From positions 4,439 through 68,438 of the forward strand of contig DAOSCP010000016.1 of NCBI GenBank assembly GCA_035361425.1: a stretch of 64,000 nucleotides of DNA, read 5' to 3'. How positions within the stretch are numbered: the stretch's first letter is position 1; each line of letters begins with the position of its first letter. This document shows positions 1 to 9,979 of this stretch, piece after piece. The stretch is from Ignavibacteriales bacterium (lineage in GTDB: Bacteria; Bacteroidota; Ignavibacteria; Ignavibacteriales; DAOSCP01). The notes under the pieces were generated by a model. It was not told where the DNA came from. It searched no databases and saw only the letters and a program-made list of their open reading frames with translations. The position numbers and the translations under genes are program-made.

Positions 1-531
1 TTATTCATATTTAATTTTATTAAGTTTCTTAAATAGGCAAGTAAATGTTTTACATATGTGTAATTAATTTTATCTTTTAGTTTTTCATCTTTTGATGCAG
101 TATTAATGAATTCATCAAATAATGTTTTCAGTTCTGATTTTTCATAGTTATTAAATCTGTTTGCAAGTATTTCTCTAAATTTTTTTGATTTTGTATTATA
201 TGCACTGATATGTTCCATAAATCTTTCATTCTGATTATTATAGAAATTTTCCAATTTATCTTTTGAGCGACCTTTAACTTTTCATCAACATTTTTTATAA
301 AACTATCAACATTTTCGGAACATAAAAGAATATTTGAAAGTCTTGATATCAAACTAGTTCCAATGTTTTCTTCTTTTAGATTAAAATATTGTAGATTTTC
401 AAGTGCTTCTTTTTTGATAAAATTAAATAACTCTTCTTTTATATGGTTAAAATAAATATTTTTATAAAGTTTAGGAAATTTTTGTGATGGTTTTATAGTT
501 TTATTTAATACACTTTCTTTGTATTCCTCAT
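1..531 (-). pseudogene. putative cas11-like small helical subunit of the type III-D-like operon (frameshifted; 3' end runs off the window)
   Basis: The ATG at 531-529 overlaps the csx10 TGA (ATGA). The K/E-rich ORF (..LENLQYFNLKEENIGTSLISRLSNILL.. then ..DKLENFYNNQNERFMEHISAYNTKSKKFREILANRF..YTYVKHLLAYLRNLIKL) is continuous only after a 1-nt shift right after the ATG and another at the T4 run 261-264. The assignment rests on size, composition and position after csx10; there is no diagnostic motif. Confidence 0.3.
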
Positions 532-1528
532 TGGTTTGTATAAAAAAATTTTACTTTACCAAAACCTTCGTTTAATCTTTCTCTTATACCTTTATCTTCC
601 AATTCTTTGTAATTTGCAGGTAATTTATTAAGTAATAAGCAACTACCTGCTTTTATTATAATTTCAGATGGCTTTTTCATTTTCCAGATAGCTATAGAAT
701 TAACAATTGTATCAGTGCGACAAAACATATTTTTTATTGTTATACAGTTTAAATATCTTTCTATCGTATTTTTATCAGTAGAAGATAATCCATTAGCATT
801 GTAAAAAATTGCATCACTGGTAAATGTGCAAATAATATATTCAGCATCATTAATGCTATCAGTTTGAGTTTTTATTTCTTCAACTTCATTATCATTAAGG
901 AATGTAACTTCAATTCGTCCATATTCTGTGTTGTTGGAACGACCTATTCTTATTACATTATTTTTTCAAAAAGCTCACAGAAAATATTTTTGGTTTCATC
1001 GTTCGAAATCGTAACAGGTCTAATAAATTCCTGATTAGCCTATAAAGCTTCATAGTTAAAAATTAATTTATTTTTATTGGGTTTATTTTCTTTTATAGGT
1101 TGGTTAGAATGATGAAAATGGATTTTCGACTCTGGTGAAAATTCATAAATATAACTTTCTTCGTCTTTATGATCAATAAATATATCATTTCTGTTGTATG
1201 ATGTAATTTTATCCTTTAATTGTTGAGTTAATATATCATATGCAATTTTATTATCCTTTTAGCCTTTTATTTTTTGAAATGAAAAAGGTTTAGGAATTGT
1301 TATTAAATATTTATTTTTATTACCAATAACTGTTATATATGCATTGGGAAAATAAACATTTTCAAGATGTTGTAAAGGTAGATTATTTTTAACTAATAAA
1401 TTTGCAAAAACACCATAAAGTGCAGTTGAGTTGATGTAATCTTTTGTATATGTGAGTAAATTACTACATTTTTTCTGTGTAACAATTACTGGGTCAAGAA
1501 GTTTTAGTTTTAAATATAACTTATCCAT
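528..1528 (-). pseudogene. csx10: Csx10-family RAMP (Cas5 group, type III-D), pseudogene
   Basis: Hand translation gives MDKLYLKLKLLDPVIV..TKDYINSTALYGVFANLL..VYFPNAY..IPKPFSFQK..LIFNYEAL*ANQEF..IRIGRSNNTEYGRIEV..KKPSEIIIKAGSCLLL..LEDKGIRERLNEGFGKVKF. This fits the Csx10 pattern: a YEALxxxQxF box, GRSxxxEYG, and a terminal G-x-x-E-R-x-N-E-G-F-G glycine loop. It is broken by TAA 1261-1259, TAG 1042-1040 and a 1-nt frameshift in the T6 run 961-966. Confidence 0.75.
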
Positions 1529-2230
1529 TTAAATTCTCCTCATAATATTTAATTGCATTTGAAACAATATTTTGATTATTTTCATCATACAATTCAATTT
1601 TAATGGTTCCAAAACCTCTGTTTTTGTTTGTGCCTAATTTATTTTTATAAGTACAGGTTAAAGCAAATTCATTAATATAATTAGGGTTGATGTTTAACTC
1701 TCCAATAAAAACATGAGCTTTTTTAAGTAATCTTAAAATCCTTAAAGGTTTATCCTTTGTTATTCGGTATTCTTCTTCCATTGAAGTTTGTTTTCTAATA
1801 GTAGTAAAATAATCCATAGTATAATGGAATGGTATAGCAAATTGATTTTGTTGTAACAGTTTAACAGTTTCATGATAACCTTGAATATAAAAATTACTTA
1901 AGGTTAAATTTCCGCTTTCCCAATTACCTTTATTGCCAATAGTTTCATTGAGATACATTTAAATGTTGGGTTTAAATTATTAGTACTAATAATATTATCT
2001 AATTCTTCAGCTGTTTCTCTTAAAATTCCTCTAATTCTTTTGGCGGGTAAGTAGGGTATTCCATATTCGTCAAAAACAATATCTACATCTACATAAGAAG
2101 TAAAGGATTCGCCAGATCCAGGTAAAGTATCACTAATTTTCCTGAATTCTTCAGCATAATCTAATTTTGATTTGATAGTTGAAGAAATGAATTCTAAATC
2201 TTCAGGTGAGTGGTATTCAACCTCTGCACT
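1521..2230 (-). pseudogene. cas7: Cas7-like RAMP (Csm3 group), frameshifted, with its 5' end fused to the cas10 stub
   Basis: It carries a RAMP N-terminal box (VDVDIVFDEYGIPYLPAKRIRGILRETAEEL), then ..GNLTLSNFY.., and a C-terminal glycine loop (LGTNKNRGFGTIKIEL). A 1-nt frameshift at 1958-1963 joins ORFs 1904-2314 and 1521-1958. The stop overlaps the csx10 start (ATGGATAA). No start codon of its own is recognisable, and the 5' boundary is approximate. Confidence 0.65.
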
Positions 2231-2671
2231 AAATTCTGATCTATCGCAAACCATCGAAAAGCCGTAAGATTGTAAAACAGTATTAGGTATATACATATTT
2301 TTAGATAAGTGCAACTAATAGAAAGTTTTTTGCATTGATTCTTTAAAGTTTTTCTTACTTGTATCAAAGTTTTCATTTATTCCGCCTGCAATTTTAACAC
2401 CTGGATATTTGTATAATGTTTCTAGAGTAAAATTTTGGATTGCTTTGAGAGCATTATCCTTAGTGTCAAAAAAAATAAGGCATTACCACCGCTAATAAAA
2501 TACTCTGGTAGTATCCCATCCAATTTCTTTAAATTATTATTTTCATCAAGAAAATAATTAAAAATGTTTTCGATGATATACGATGCAAGATTTTCTTTTA
2601 ATGAGTTAGAACTAAAAATATAATCCTAGATAGACACAGTATCAAATAATACTGCTACATAGATACCTCGA
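2231..2671 (-). pseudogene. cas10: cas10 remnant (Palm1-like segment only)
   Basis: The minus-strand translation is GIYVAVLFDTVSI*DYIFSSNSLKENLASYIIENIFNYFL..LPEYFISGGNALFF(F)DTKDNALKAIQNF..PGVKIAGGINENF..ESMQKTFY*LHLSKN. From memory this parallels the Csm1/Cas10 Palm1 stretch (FDLSGIQDFIY..LYVGGGHAYFVL..). It has no HD domain, no GGDD Palm2 and no start codon, and it begins 1 nt after the CARF gene stop. It is broken by TAG 2628-2626, a frameshift in the A8 run 2468-2475, and TAG 2317-2315. Confidence 0.45.
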
Positions 2672-4034
2672 TTAAATGTTAAGTAATTTTTTTATTTCTA
2701 ATTTGAAACTTTCTTTATCATCAAATATATTATGATTAAAATTTATGAAATAATTTATATTACTACCAAAATCTTTTTGAATTTCTTGTTCTATTTCTGT
2801 AATTTTTTCTTGTGCAATAAATGATTTAAGTATCACTTTTGCTTCATCCCCAGAAAATTGTTGAGTCCTATGTATAACTTCAGAGAATTTGGATTTTATA
2901 ACTGGTTTTTCATCACAAATTGTACAACTTAAACCAAATATATTAAAGTTGTGCTGTATTATAAAATCTAACTCAAAATTATTATTAGGATTACTTTCTG
3001 AAATAAATTTAATATTTCTATGTAAATTAATTTTGATTCCTTCTTGCTTTAATTTATCTGTTATCTTTTGTAAGTATTCAAATAAGTAATCTTCAAACCA
3101 AAATCCAGTTAGATATTTTAAGTTTTTAAATATCCTTTTTTTCTTATTTTTACTGATACATTTATCTAAATTATTTTCATTGATGAATTTTATATCATCA
3201 GGTAAAAATTTAAAAATTTCAATATGCTTGTCATCCAGTTTTTTTTCATTAAAAATATAGTTATAGAGTTTTTCAGTTTCAACACAGCTATTGTTTTGTG
3301 GTAGTGTAGATTGAATATTATTATTGTTTAGCCCGATATTTATAAAATCAATTAGCAAATCAATAATTTTTTCATCATCGAATTTTACTTTAAAGTAATT
3401 TGTATAATCAAGAAATTCTCTTAATTTTTCTATCTTTTCATAATTATTAGTGCAATCAATTTCATTTTTTTCTAATAATTTTTTTTTGCAAAAGAAAAAA
3501 CTTTTTCTGCAAAATTTTTGTCAACCTCAACATTTTCAAATTGTTGAATATTATAAAGGTGCAGATTGGCAATTTTTTCCAGTGTTATACTATCATTGTG
3601 ATAACTAATACTTTCTTTTTTACTATCATTTATATAGATACAGTTAGTTTTAGCATCATAATAAGAACTTTCAAAATTAATATTATTTTTTTTGCACAGA
3701 TTTTGTAAAGTTTTAAATGTATAAATAATTAAACTTTTTATTCCGCCGGTATAATTTAAGTGAATTGGTTCTGATTTATCAATTTATGTCATTAAATTTT
3801 CTAATTTAACTTCTATATCGTTTGCATACTGGATATTTTTAACTTGAATGATTTCAATATTATAGTTAAAAAAGTTTTGTAGCTTTTCAGCATATTTAAA
3901 TGTGCTCGAATGTGTATCAGAAGTATCACTACAAATAAGATAAATTTTTTTAGTGTTTTGAAATTAGAAATGAAATGAGAAAGGATAATGTAATTAGGGA
4001 GTGGACTTGTACCGATAATTTAAAATAAGTTCAT
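2672..4034 (-). pseudogene. CARF-domain / PD-(D/E)xK nuclease-fold effector, Card1/Can2-like (DUF1887-type), pseudogene
   Basis: The N-terminal half has a CARF-like signature (IIGTSPLPNY, KIYLICSDTS, PIHLNYTGGIKS). The C-terminal half has a restriction-endonuclease-like core (TGFWFEDYLFEYL..NFELDFIIQHN..GLSCT). The start is ATG 4034. It is broken by TAA 4022-4020, a frameshift in T7 3945-3951, TAA 3786-3784 and a frameshift in T9 3479-3487. The last 228 codons (ORF 2672-3358) are intact. Confidence 0.7.
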
Positions 4035-4209
4035 ACTATTACCTCATGGATTTTTAAAAACTCAATTTATTAAAAATAATTTTTAATATCAAGTTAAATT
4101 TATATAATTATATAAAATAACATAAATGCTAATAAATAAAATTTTATTTACATTATGAATTGTATTAAAATTTTCTTATTTTTATAAATAAATTATTTTA
4201 GGAGTTACA

Positions 4210-5532
4210 ATGTTAAAAATATTATCCTTATTACTTTTTAGTATGATTACCTTTTCTCAAAATTCAACTAAATTAACCATTTATAATCAATATGCTTTGG
4301 TTAATGAAAATTTTACAATATCTCTTAAAGATGGTGTTAATGAATATTTTTATTATAACATACCATCTAATTTTAACCTTGATTTTATTTATCTTTCACT
4401 TGATGCAAAAATATTAAATCAATCTATTGTTATACCTCCATTTCAGTTAAACAAAATATTAGAAAATCAAGAAGTTGACTTAATTCATAAGGATGGAAAT
4501 CTTATAAACGGTAAAATTGTCAAGTTCGAAAATAGTGCAGCTGTTTTATCAGATAAAAATAACAATTTAATGATAATTCCTAATATTAATGATTATCAAA
4601 TAAAAACTAATGTAAAATATAACGAAAAACAATTTAAACCTTACATTAAATGGGAAATTGAAGCAAAAAAAGGTGAATATCCAGCTAATTTAACTTATCG
4701 TGTTAATGGTATCAGCTGGAATGCAGATTACATTCTTATCATAAACAAAAATAAAGCCAATATCAAATCATTTTATACCATTAATAATAATACAGATATT
4801 GAATATAATAATATGGATGTAAAATTTGTATCCGGTGAGATTCAAAATGTGTTTAATCAACGTCGTATGACTAGAACTATGTCAAGGTCAAGTATCGAAA
4901 AAAGTGTTTCCGATGATGATGATATGGTTCAAGAAAATTTGAATGAGTATAAAATCTATACTTATAACAAAAAAGTGAATTTACCTTCAAATTCATCTAA
5001 ACAATATGAATACTTTTCTGCAGAAGATATTAATATTCAAAAAATATTGTATTTTGAAACATCACAATATAACGAGTTAAGAAATGAAAAACCATTTATT
5101 CAATATAAAATAAAAAATGATAAATCAAATAAACTTGGTTATGCTTTACCCACTGGAAAATTTATGACTTATGAAAATTTAAATGATGAATTAATCTTTA
5201 CAGGAGAAGATATTATTAAAGATATTCCAATAGGCGATGATATTAATATAAAGATTGGTAAGGCCTTTGATGTTTTAATATCGCAAAATATTATGTCAAA
5301 CAATGCTATTAGTGATAAAATCAGTGATATTGAGACGGCGATAAAAATAAAAAATACAGCAAGTGAAGAAAAATATCTGGAAATAGTTAATAATCTTTAT
5401 AGTAATTATGAAATATTAAAGACAACTGATGAATATGAAAAATTATCATCCAATAAAATAAAATTTTCTTTTAAAATGAAGCCAAATTCCGAAAAAACTA
5501 TTATATTAAAAGTTAGATTTAAAAATTTCTAA
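4210..5532 (+). CDS. DUF4139-family secreted protein (MuiA-like)
   Basis: 440-aa ORF with an RBS (aggag) 7 nt upstream and an N-terminal signal peptide. The pattern TIYNQ.ALV.E..L..G.N resembles DUF4139 proteins as I recall them. Confidence 0.55.
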   Translation: MLKILSLLLFSMITFSQNSTKLTIYNQYALVNENFTISLKDGVNEYFYYNIPSNFNLDFIYLSLDAKILNQSIVIPPFQLNKILENQEVDLIHKDGNLINGKIVKFENSAAVLSDKNNNLMIIPNINDYQIKTNVKYNEKQFKPYIKWEIEAKKGEYPANLTYRVNGISWNADYILIINKNKANIKSFYTINNNTDIEYNNMDVKFVSGEIQNVFNQRRMTRTMSRSSIEKSVSDDDDMVQENLNEYKIYTYNKKVNLPSNSSKQYEYFSAEDINIQKILYFETSQYNELRNEKPFIQYKIKNDKSNKLGYALPTGKFMTYENLNDELIFTGEDIIKDIPIGDDINIKIGKAFDVLISQNIMSNNAISDKISDIETAIKIKNTASEEKYLEIVNNLYSNYEILKTTDEYEKLSSNKIKFSFKMKPNSEKTIILKVRFKNF

Positions 5533-5543
5533 AGGGGTTATAA

Positions 5544-5873
5544 ATGCAAAAAAAAGATAATGTTCAACAAATTAATATTGAGATAAGCGAACCAGAAGCA
5601 CAAGGAATTTATTCTAATCTGGCTCTTATAACATTCAATTTACCAGATTTTATAATTGATTTTATAAAAATATTACCTGGAGTGCCAAAAACTAAGGTTG
5701 CATCAAGGATTATTATGTCACCTCAGCATGCAAAACTTTTGATGTATGCATTAAAAAATAATATTCAGCAATACGAAGAAATGTATGGGGAAATTAAAAT
5801 TCACGATCCACAAAATCCATTCCCAAATTTTGGTATTGTCCCAGAGCAAAAAGATGATGAAGTTATAAATTAA
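5544..5873 (+). CDS. DUF3467-family small protein
   Basis: 109-aa ORF, 11 nt after the previous gene, with RBS aagggg. GIYSNLALITFNLPDFIIDF resembles the conserved Y.N......EF.lDF core of DUF3467. Confidence 0.55.
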   Translation: MQKKDNVQQINIEISEPEAQGIYSNLALITFNLPDFIIDFIKILPGVPKTKVASRIIMSPQHAKLLMYALKNNIQQYEEMYGEIKIHDPQNPFPNFGIVPEQKDDEVIN

Positions 5874-6330
5874 TTCCAATCTGTAATTTTACCGATTTCA
5901 TTTTTGGGGAGTTTCTCCCCAAATTTTATATTTGTTATTTTTTTGTGTGCAGGAAATTTATTAATAAAATTTGTTATTTTTTGAAGTGTATTGGTTGTTA
6001 AATCAGTTGGTATTATAAAACTTTTCAATCGTGTGCCTGTGGTGGTTTCATAGGTTCTAACAATACAGTCTTTAACTAATTGATAGGATTTTATTTTTTC
6101 TTCGATTTCATTTAAGTAAGTATTAATTCCTCCTATTGATACAGAATTATCTTTTCTTTTCAATGGGATAAAGCAGGAAATTATAACATTCTTTCATTCT
6201 TTCGATTAACGGAAGATCAATTTCATCATAAAAGTTATTGTTAAGAAAAAGCTGTTCAATATCGCTAATACCATAATATTTATTTTCTATAACCAATGAG
6301 TTTTCGTTTTTATTATTATATCATTTATTA
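5870..6330 (-). pseudogene. 3' remnant of an adenylate-forming (AMP-binding / CoA-ligase-like) enzyme
   Basis: ORF 5870-6163 shows only the C-terminal subdomain pattern (KDNSVSIGGINTYLNEIEE..VKDCIV....KSFII..KFGEKLPKNEIGKI). The upstream ~55 codons are readable only in another frame. The ~400-aa N-terminal adenylation core is absent. Confidence 0.5.
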
Positions 6331-6488
6331 TAAAATAAAAGTTTCGTGAAAAATTTAGAAAAATGGTTATATTTACATATCGCAGCTTAATAATTTTTTA
6401 CAAATTGGTGGTAATACCTTTTTAATTGTCCAACGAATATATTAAAGCTAATAATATAAAATAATTCATTAAATATAATTTAGCCATT

Positions 6489-7397
6489 ATGATTGTATTA
6501 AATAATATTAAAAAAAAACATGATGTTGCTTTACTTACTATTTTTCACGATAAAATTTTACGCTTTTCAGGTGAATATTTTGAAGCAATAAAAAAACAAA
6601 GATTTCCCTATTATGATTTATTTATTATGCTAGATTCAGATAATAATTTTATAGTCGATGAAAGTTGTGGGAATATATTTATAGCTAGAGTTTATGGGAG
6701 TATTGCAAAAATTAGAGAAATTGGTATTAAGTATATAAAAGAATTGGGTTATAAATACTTGATTTTTTTAGATGGTGATGATTTAATGCCCAATAATCGT
6801 ATAGAAAAATTAGTTGAGTTGTTAAATAATTATAAAATTATTGTAAATGATCTTTCATTGTTTGGAGATTATTGTGCTGATTACTATATTTCGAGAAGAA
6901 ATTGTAATTTAAAGATAATTCTTAACAATGATATTAATGAAATTAATTTTTTAGGGCTTTCCAATACTGCAATCAATTTAAATATTATAGATGATGATTT
7001 TTTTCTCCCGGATGATATTTACGCTGTAGATTGGTATATTTTCACACTTTTATTAAAAAAAGGTTACAGTGCAGTTTTTACAAATGAGACACATACAAAA
7101 TATCGTATTTGGGGTGAAAATCTATTCTCTAAGTTTGATGAAAAACATTTTGAAAAAATTATCAAAATTAAATATCTACATTATAAATATCTTGTTGAAC
7201 GGGAAAATTTTGTTGAGTATTATTATTTATATCATTATTTTTGTAAGTTAAACGAATTGTTTGATAAAAATAGTGAAAATACTTTCAAAATCGAAATTTA
7301 TAACTACTTTAAAAACAAATACGAAAAAATTCAAAATCCATTGTGGCTGGAGGAGGTGACTTACGATGAATATATCAAAAATCAAATTGACAGATAA
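6489..7397 (+). CDS. glycosyltransferase (GT2-like, DxD type)
   Basis: 302-aa ORF with a YLIFLDGDDLMPNNRIEKLVELL motif typical of GT-A/GT2 enzymes. It overlaps the downstream neuB-like gene by 32 nt. Confidence 0.5.
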   Translation: MIVLNNIKKKHDVALLTIFHDKILRFSGEYFEAIKKQRFPYYDLFIMLDSDNNFIVDESCGNIFIARVYGSIAKIREIGIKYIKELGYKYLIFLDGDDLMPNNRIEKLVELLNNYKIIVNDLSLFGDYCADYYISRRNCNLKIILNNDINEINFLGLSNTAINLNIIDDDFFLPDDIYAVDWYIFTLLLKKGYSAVFTNETHTKYRIWGENLFSKFDEKHFEKIIKIKYLHYKYLVERENFVEYYYLYHYFCKLNELFDKNSENTFKIEIYNYFKNKYEKIQNPLWLEEVTYDEYIKNQIDR

Positions 7398-8436
7398 AAA
7401 GGAAGTTTATAACTTTTGCGAACCTTATATTATAGCTGAGTTGGGTTCTAATCATAACGGTGATATGGAATTGGCTAAGAAACTTATAATCAAAGCAAAA
7501 GAAGCAGGGGCAGATTGTGTAAAATTTCAAAGCTGGACTAAAGATACAATTTTTTCTAAAAGAAAATATGAAGAAAATTATTTTATAGCCGATGACTATA
7601 GAAATAGAATTGACTTTACACTTGAACAAATTGTTGAGAAATTTCAGATTACAGAAGATCAGCTTACAGAAATGAAAAAATTTGCAGATGAAGTTGGTAT
7701 TGATTGCATTTCTACTCCTTTTAGCAAACGGGAAGTAGATTTTCTGGTTGAAAAATTAGATGTACCGTTTATAAAAATTGCATCTATGGATGTTAATAAT
7801 TATCCATTTCTTGAATATGTTGCTAAAAAGGGAAAACCTATCGTTATATCTACAGGACTTTCCGAACTTTATGAACTGGATAAAGCTATTCGAACAATTG
7901 AGAATTGTGGTAATAAAAATATTGTAATATTGCATTGTGTTTCTATTTATCCTCCTAAAGATGAACAGGTAAACTTAAATAATATAACTACATTACAAAA
8001 TTTATATCCCGATTATCCAATTGGATTTTCTGACCACAGTTTAGGTACTTCTATTCCACTTGCTGCTGTTGCCAAAGGAGCTTGTATAATCGAAAAGCAT
8101 TTTACACTTGATAAAAATATGTTTGGCTGGGATCATAAAGTTTCTGCTGATCCTGATGAATTAAAAACCATTTGTAACGAAAGCAAAAGAGTTTATAAGG
8201 CACTTGGTTCTTTTAGAATCATGCAAGAGGAAGATTATAACCGAATTAGTGAATTTAGGAGAAGCATAGTAGTAACAAGAGATATGAAAAAAGGTGAAAT
8301 AATTACCGAAAATGATATCGATTACAAGAGACCAGGTAGAGGTATTCCGCCAGAGTATTATAAGTTTATTATTGGTAGAAAACTTAATAAAGATTTAAAA
8401 TATGACGATTTAATACAGCTTGAGGATCTGGAATGA
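7366..8436 (+). CDS. neuB: N-acetylneuraminate-synthase-family nonulosonic acid synthase (NeuB/SpsE/PseI/LegI family)
   Basis: PYIIAELGSNHNGDMELAKKLI..AGADCVKFQ matches the NeuB TIM-barrel signature. A C-terminal SAF-like domain is present (RRSIVVTRDMKKGEIITENDI). Confidence 0.9.
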   Translation: MNISKIKLTDKKEVYNFCEPYIIAELGSNHNGDMELAKKLIIKAKEAGADCVKFQSWTKDTIFSKRKYEENYFIADDYRNRIDFTLEQIVEKFQITEDQLTEMKKFADEVGIDCISTPFSKREVDFLVEKLDVPFIKIASMDVNNYPFLEYVAKKGKPIVISTGLSELYELDKAIRTIENCGNKNIVILHCVSIYPPKDEQVNLNNITTLQNLYPDYPIGFSDHSLGTSIPLAAVAKGACIIEKHFTLDKNMFGWDHKVSADPDELKTICNESKRVYKALGSFRIMQEEDYNRISEFRRSIVVTRDMKKGEIITENDIDYKRPGRGIPPEYYKFIIGRKLNKDLKYDDLIQLEDLE

Positions 8437-9302
8437 TTTCAATTGGTATGATTGGCGAAAGCGAAGGTAACGGGCATCCTTACTCTTTTTCGTGTATTAT
8501 TAATGGTTTTGATAAAGATAAATTTAATCGTAAAGATTGGCCCAATATATACAACTATCTTTTAGAAAATTCAGTGAAAGAAAAAATTGGTTTTGATGAT
8601 GCTAAAGTAACGCATGTTTGGTGTCCTGTTTATGATAATGCAGTAAAGATAGCTGAGGCTTGTAATATTGCGAATACAGTAAAAAATCTTGAGGAATTGC
8701 TTGTTTGTGATGCAATTATTATTGCTAGAGATGATTGGGAAACACACTTTCCAATTGCCAAAATTTTTTTGCTGAATGATAAATTTGTGTTTGTTGATAA
8801 ACCATTAACATTAAATAATGATGAACTTGAATTTTTTAAAAGTTATATTAACAATGGAAAATTATTTTCTTGTTCAGCTTTAAGATATGCTGACGAACTT
8901 AATACTAATATTCCTGATATAAATTTAGTAGATACTATTATTGGGACAACAATTAAGAATTGGGATAAGTATGCTATCCACATAATCGAGCCAATTCTTT
9001 CTAAATATGATTTGGAAATTTATCGTATTGAAAAATTATTCTCTAATGATTGCCTTGAAATTAGATTTTTGCACAATGATAAAAATATAACTTTTATTTT
9101 TTATGTAGTTAAAAAGTTTAAATTCCCATTTTTGAAGTTTGAAGTTTTGGCAGATAGGACTTATCATTATGAATTGAACAATCATTACAAAGCTTTTAAA
9201 AATACTTTAAGAATTTTCATCGATATGATTAAAAATAAAACCGTGCCTATTCAATTTGGAAATACAAAAAAAATATTATCTACAATAATTTTGGGAATGT
9301 GA
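8433..9302 (+). CDS. Gfo/Idh/MocA-like oxidoreductase-fold protein of the sugar cluster
   Basis: 289-aa ORF whose ATGA start overlaps the neuB stop. MISIGMIGESEGNGHPYSF.. and ..FVDKPL.. resemble the atypical oxidoreductases found beside neuB/spsF genes. Confidence 0.5.
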   Translation: MISIGMIGESEGNGHPYSFSCIINGFDKDKFNRKDWPNIYNYLLENSVKEKIGFDDAKVTHVWCPVYDNAVKIAEACNIANTVKNLEELLVCDAIIIARDDWETHFPIAKIFLLNDKFVFVDKPLTLNNDELEFFKSYINNGKLFSCSALRYADELNTNIPDINLVDTIIGTTIKNWDKYAIHIIEPILSKYDLEIYRIEKLFSNDCLEIRFLHNDKNITFIFYVVKKFKFPFLKFEVLADRTYHYELNNHYKAFKNTLRIFIDMIKNKTVPIQFGNTKKILSTIILGM

Positions 9303-9979
9303 TGAATTTATCTATAGTTCAAGCAAGGATGAGTTCAACAAGGTTGCCGGGCAAAGTATTAAAAAGTGTAAAAAATACTACAATGCTTGAATATCAACTA
9401 TCCAGAGTTAGTCTTTCAAAATTTATTGACAAAATAGTTGTTGCTACATCAACTGATAAATCTGATGATGTAATTGTAGATATTTGTAATAATATTGGAA
9501 TTGATGTTTTTAGGGGTTCGCTTTCAAATGTATTAGAAAGATTTTATCAATGTGCTAGTATGTATTTGCCTAAAAATGTTATTCGAATTACTGCCGATTG
9601 TCCTGTAATTGATCCTTTAATTATTGATAATGTGATACGATTACACGAAGAAACAAGTGCAGATTATACATCTAATGTTTTCCCACGCTCTTTCCCAGAT
9701 GGGCTTGATGTAGAAATTATGACTTATCAATTATTGGATTATGTTCATAAAAATGCAACTGAGCAGGAAGATACAGAACACGTGACAAAATATATTCACA
9801 AAAATCACACAAAATTTAAAATTTCTAATTTTGAAAATTCAAATAATTTATCTAAATTAAGATGGACTTTAGATACAGAAAGTGATTATATTTTTTTGAA
9901 AGAAATTATTGAAAGTTTTGAAAATAACACATACAATATGTATGATATTCTTGAAAAATTAAAATCAAAGGAAAAATAA
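9302..9979 (+). CDS. SpsF/FlmC-type cytidylyltransferase-fold protein
   Basis: MNLSIVQARMSSTRLPGKVLK is the characteristic N-terminus of the SpsF / acylneuraminate cytidylyltransferase family. The ATG at 9302 overlaps the upstream TGA. Confidence 0.8.
   Translation: MNLSIVQARMSSTRLPGKVLKSVKNTTMLEYQLSRVSLSKFIDKIVVATSTDKSDDVIVDICNNIGIDVFRGSLSNVLERFYQCASMYLPKNVIRITADCPVIDPLIIDNVIRLHEETSADYTSNVFPRSFPDGLDVEIMTYQLLDYVHKNATEQEDTEHVTKYIHKNHTKFKISNFENSNNLSKLRWTLDTESDYIFLKEIIESFENNTYNMYDILEKLKSKEK

Noticed and set aside
1-4034. In-frame TAA/TAG codons explained by an alternative genetic code or programmed readthrough.
   Set aside because: The same codons terminate dozens of well-conserved genes in the window, and both RF1 and RF2 are encoded. 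The same genes also carry frameshifts and large deletions, so pseudogenisation is the simpler explanation.
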